A stretch of 64,000 nucleotides of DNA from Schizochytrium sp. TIO01 (Eukaryota; Protista; Bigyra: Labyrinthulomycetes). Positions within the stretch are counted from its first letter, which is position 1; each line of letters opens with the position of its first letter. The translations under genes were made by a program, and so were the position numbers. The stretch covers positions 1,116,001 through 1,180,000 of the forward strand of contig SMSO01000005.1 in NCBI GenBank assembly GCA_004764695.1, given 5' to 3'. Under the pieces are notes generated by a model that saw only the letters and a list, made by a program, of their open reading frames with translations, did no database searches and was not told the origin of the DNA. This document shows, piece by piece, positions 60,487 through 64,000 of this stretch.

Positions 60487-62967
60487 ATGGAGACAGTGGT
60501 GCATGCACAAAGTGCACGTTTCAAAAGGAAGGGAAATGTTCACAAGAATAACTCCTCGTGGAGACGGACCCTGAAATGGGCATGCGTAGGGGTGATGCTG
60601 GCACTTGCAAGAGCTCAGAACCCTGTCTACATTAATAATGTGGCGGTGCCAGAGGCTGGAGGGTTCTTTGTGAGTTTGCAAACTTTTTCAGACGAATCAG
60701 ATATCTGCCAATTCACGGATTATCCGCTAGACCAACTCACGGTTGTAGCCGGATTCTGTCAACGCGAGGAAGACCTTACTTCTTATAAAATCATTGTTTC
60801 CGAAGAAGAAGATTGCCTTGTGGTAATGCGCCAGGAATTCGCAGATTCGGAGTGTTCAGATATGGTAAGCAACGAGACTCTGTCGTTCCAGGCTTGTCTT
60901 ACTGACATCGCAAAAGGTACGCCAGAGGATGGCTTATTATGGTCTGCAGACAATAGTTCGTGGTCCACTGATGACACTCTGCTAGCTTACGAATATAGCG
61001 GGTGCAATAGCAGTGACTCGAGTGGGGCATATGTCGGATACATGCGAATTGTCACTGTTCTGGACATTCAAAGTAACAGCAGCATCACAGAACTAGTGGC
61101 CTATCCACAATCCTCGGTCGAAATTTCTAAAGTAACAAACTCTAGCGAGCTATGCGATGCCGAGGGCGACCCTTGGGCATCTTGGATATCATATACAACA
61201 GGATCACCTTCGTGGTATACAACAGCGAGTGGGGATGCCATTATAACTTGCTTCAACACCCCTGATGCTGATGATACTTCTTTGGGTTGGAGCATGCAGG
61301 TCACCTGCAATCAAAGTAGTCAAAGCGACATTCCAATATCAGTTAGTTTCTACGAATATGTAGGTTGCAATTCAAATAGCGTTGTCGCGAGCACCGAAAA
61401 TGAGGTCGTTCTTAATGGAGGCTGTGGTGGGGTTGTTTATACGTTGACACCAGGGGCTTATTCTTCAAACACCGAGACGAATATTTATGCACGATGTTTA
61501 TGGGAAGCATCATCATTGCCAGGAACTGAATCGCCTACAAGCGCGAGCGGTGACAATTTCCCCACGATCTCCACACAGGCACCGACCATCAATAACAACC
61601 CTGGCAATTCGAAACGCGCAATCTACATTGCTATTATCCCAGTCGTACTGATGCTTGCTGGAGTAGCATATGTTCTCATCTCAAAGAAAAAGAAAAAGAA
61701 CCAAAAGGATGGTACAGATGACGATGAAAGCAACGACTTGGAGTCGCGGTTGCCTTCTGGGTCGAAGTCATCTCGAAGAGGTAAATTCCAGATGCTTGGC
61801 TACTCGATGTCTCTTATGCGAGTGAAGATCCCCGGTGAACTTGGTCCTGCTGTTGTACATGACAATGATGAACTAGATAATGATAGTAGTGAGGATGAAG
61901 CTGATGATGTGGTTGGTAAACGCACGGACGGTGCCAATAATGGCTTGATCAACAGTTCAGAGCTGGAATTTGGCCGCCTGATCGGTAAAGGTGGCTCTGG
62001 AAAGGTTTTTGAAGGGAAATTCAGGAAAAGTAGGGTCGCTATTAAAGAATATCTGGGTGGGCGCACCCACTCAAGCTTCATTCGTGAAGTGAATAACTTG
62101 CGCAGGCTCAAGCATCCAAACATCATACGTTTTTATGGCGCAGTTGATTCTGATCTTCACCGTCTTTTAGTAATGGAGTATGCTCCAAATTCTTTAGCAA
62201 ATATTATTGAGCCAAGAGGACTTCCAAGTGGACAAGCTCCGACGGCAGTGGCCTTGCTTCAATGGGCTCAGGAGCTAGCAAGTGGTTTGGCCTTCCTTCA
62301 CAGCAAGGGTCTTATTCATTTCGACGTGAAACCTGAAAATGTCCTTCTTGATGAAGGTTGGAATGTCAAATTATGTGACTTTGGTGTTTCACGCAGCATC
62401 GACTCGGTTCTTCGACCTCCAAGTACAAATGATCAAGAGGGAGGCACTCCGTCTTATACCGCCCCAGAGATGCTAACTGGTGACCGAGCACAGCTTTCTT
62501 CAAAGGTTGATGTTTATGCCTTCGCTATTGTATTCTGGCAAATGTTTCACCATGGAGAGGCGCCCCATCCAGACCAATGGAGTGTAATTGAAGTCCTTAC
62601 TCAAGTGTCGATGGAAAACTATCGTCCTCCAATTAAACCGGAGACTCCTGAACCTTTGCAGGATATCATTACCTCCTGCTGGGAGACGAACCCAGAGGAC
62701 CGCCCAAGTATGGCAGAAGTCTATGAGATGCTTGATGAAATTCTCGGTTCTCGCTCTATTGATATTGTAAAGAATGCCTCGTTTTCAAACAAAAAGCCGA
62801 ACTTTGAGCTTGGCCAGCAAGTCTATGTATTCAATCAATCGTTACAGTCCTGGTTACCGGACTGTCCATCAAAACTCACTTCGAACCGTCTCAATCGTCC
62901 TTCACAAACTTACAAAGTTCTTGGTACCACCACACACGAAGACAACCTTATTCTTGCAAACAATTAA
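60487..62967 (+). CDS. Single-pass receptor-like TKL-group protein kinase (non-RD)
   Basis: 826 aa. Signal-like WACVGVMLALARA; Cys/Ser/acidic ectodomain; S/T/P stalk; TM AIYIAIIPVVLMLAGVAYVLI followed by SKKKKK. Kinase motifs IGKGGSGKV, VAIK, HPNII, HFDVKPEN, DFG, GTPSYTAPE, DVYAF, CW...PEDRP. Confidence 0.95.
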   Translation: METVVHAQSARFKRKGNVHKNNSSWRRTLKWACVGVMLALARAQNPVYINNVAVPEAGGFFVSLQTFSDESDICQFTDYPLDQLTVVAGFCQREEDLTSYKIIVSEEEDCLVVMRQEFADSECSDMVSNETLSFQACLTDIAKGTPEDGLLWSADNSSWSTDDTLLAYEYSGCNSSDSSGAYVGYMRIVTVLDIQSNSSITELVAYPQSSVEISKVTNSSELCDAEGDPWASWISYTTGSPSWYTTASGDAIITCFNTPDADDTSLGWSMQVTCNQSSQSDIPISVSFYEYVGCNSNSVVASTENEVVLNGGCGGVVYTLTPGAYSSNTETNIYARCLWEASSLPGTESPTSASGDNFPTISTQAPTINNNPGNSKRAIYIAIIPVVLMLAGVAYVLISKKKKKNQKDGTDDDESNDLESRLPSGSKSSRRGKFQMLGYSMSLMRVKIPGELGPAVVHDNDELDNDSSEDEADDVVGKRTDGANNGLINSSELEFGRLIGKGGSGKVFEGKFRKSRVAIKEYLGGRTHSSFIREVNNLRRLKHPNIIRFYGAVDSDLHRLLVMEYAPNSLANIIEPRGLPSGQAPTAVALLQWAQELASGLAFLHSKGLIHFDVKPENVLLDEGWNVKLCDFGVSRSIDSVLRPPSTNDQEGGTPSYTAPEMLTGDRAQLSSKVDVYAFAIVFWQMFHHGEAPHPDQWSVIEVLTQVSMENYRPPIKPETPEPLQDIITSCWETNPEDRPSMAEVYEMLDEILGSRSIDIVKNASFSNKKPNFELGQQVYVFNQSLQSWLPDCPSKLTSNRLNRPSQTYKVLGTTTHEDNLILANN

Positions 62968-63209
62968 TTTGAACTCACCCAACCATGTTAACTTATATTG
63001 AACCATTTAATTTGCCCGCAATGTCCTAGTATTAAATTTATTTCTATTCAGAACAACGTTGACCCCTTTGATCAGTGCATGGATGGGTTCCATTTTTAAA
63101 GAAAATCAGGAAGGGACGTAAATAGTGCTTTTAGTTGATTTGATTTTGGGTGTGGCTTCACTTGCTTTTGCTCGTTTGCTGTAACGTGAAGAAACTGTGC
63201 TTGTGGTGA

Positions 63210-64000
63210 AAACAATACGCAAATAATACAAACATCGATCGGAAATCATAAATAGCTGTTTGGCTTCATCGTTGCTTCAATACGCTACCCGTAACTTCCT
63301 TAGAGACTTCATTCAAATTGCGGAGGGTTCCGCAGGTGCTCCTCAGCACCCTACAGAAGAAATTGATTCACTTTTGCATTTCCTGTTTTTCTAGAGACCG
63401 AATCTTAAAGAAAACGTCAATCAAGTCATGCAAGGATATCGCGATACTTGTGCTCGCCAACATTAAATTTCTTCAATTGAATCTCAGTAGCGTGCGTATA
63501 TGTGTTCGAAGGTTCCAGCGAGGATCATACCGTATCTCAGAAGCCCCATCTTTTCTATTCTTAACCAAAAGTTAGACATTATAGACATAGTCAAACATAG
63601 CGATATGAGGTAATGTCTTTGCGAGGAAATTGATCAGTCACAGACAAGTTGCTTGTAGTTTTACACCCCGGGTTATTCCAATTGCATCATGTCAAAAAGA
63701 AGAATTAGTCGCTGTATAATCGTAAAGGAAAGCTCTTGTATATGTGCTATTACTAAGTGATGAACATGGTCAGCTAGAAGTTTACTATGAATGCGAAGAC
63801 AAAAACCGGAAGAATGTCTGAGGAAGGCTTGACTAACTTCAATTACAAGTTCATCAGATCGCTCATTCGTAAGCCAAAGACACTCCTGATCTGTACTAGA
63901 CCCGACAAAAAAGATACCAGATTAACGTACTTGACTCTTCAAATATTAGTTTGGATTTCACCAGACAAATCCGATACACTCACTTCTAAAGTATCTTGGC
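63210..64000 (+). pseudogene. Possible pseudogene fragments running off the window end
   Basis: Protein-like + strand fragments broken by stops and frame changes: SSLLQYATRNFLRDFIQIAEGSAGAPQHPTEEIDSLLHFLFF*; IIPYLRSPIFSILNQKLDIIDIVKH; LVYVLLLSDEHGQLEVYYECEDKN. No family recognised. Confidence 0.3.

Overview
Eukaryotic genomic window with no prokaryotic operon, RBS or CRISPR structure. Intron-poor genes, dense tetra/pentanucleotide microsatellites and a standalone HisD suggest a stramenopile protist, probably thraustochytrid-like; this taxon call is an inference only. The window has two parts. (1) About 1-40,800 is an apparent gene desert: moderately GC-rich modules alternate with short AT-rich tracts and many microsatellites. 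It contains one clear 194-bp fold-back hairpin (12723-12916) and four of the five exact copies of a palindromic motif, ACCTAGGTAC. (2) About 40,800-63,000 holds six apparently single-exon genes: a RUN-RhoGAP-like-ELMO-TLDc fusion protein, a GXWXG/DUF4334-like membrane protein, histidinol dehydrogenase, an HDHD2/LHPP-like HAD-IIA phosphatase head-to-head with hisD, a TCP11-family protein, and a single-pass non-RD (HFD) TKL receptor kinase. Two or three stretches look like decayed coding sequence. All domain calls come from motif recognition by eye; no database search was run.
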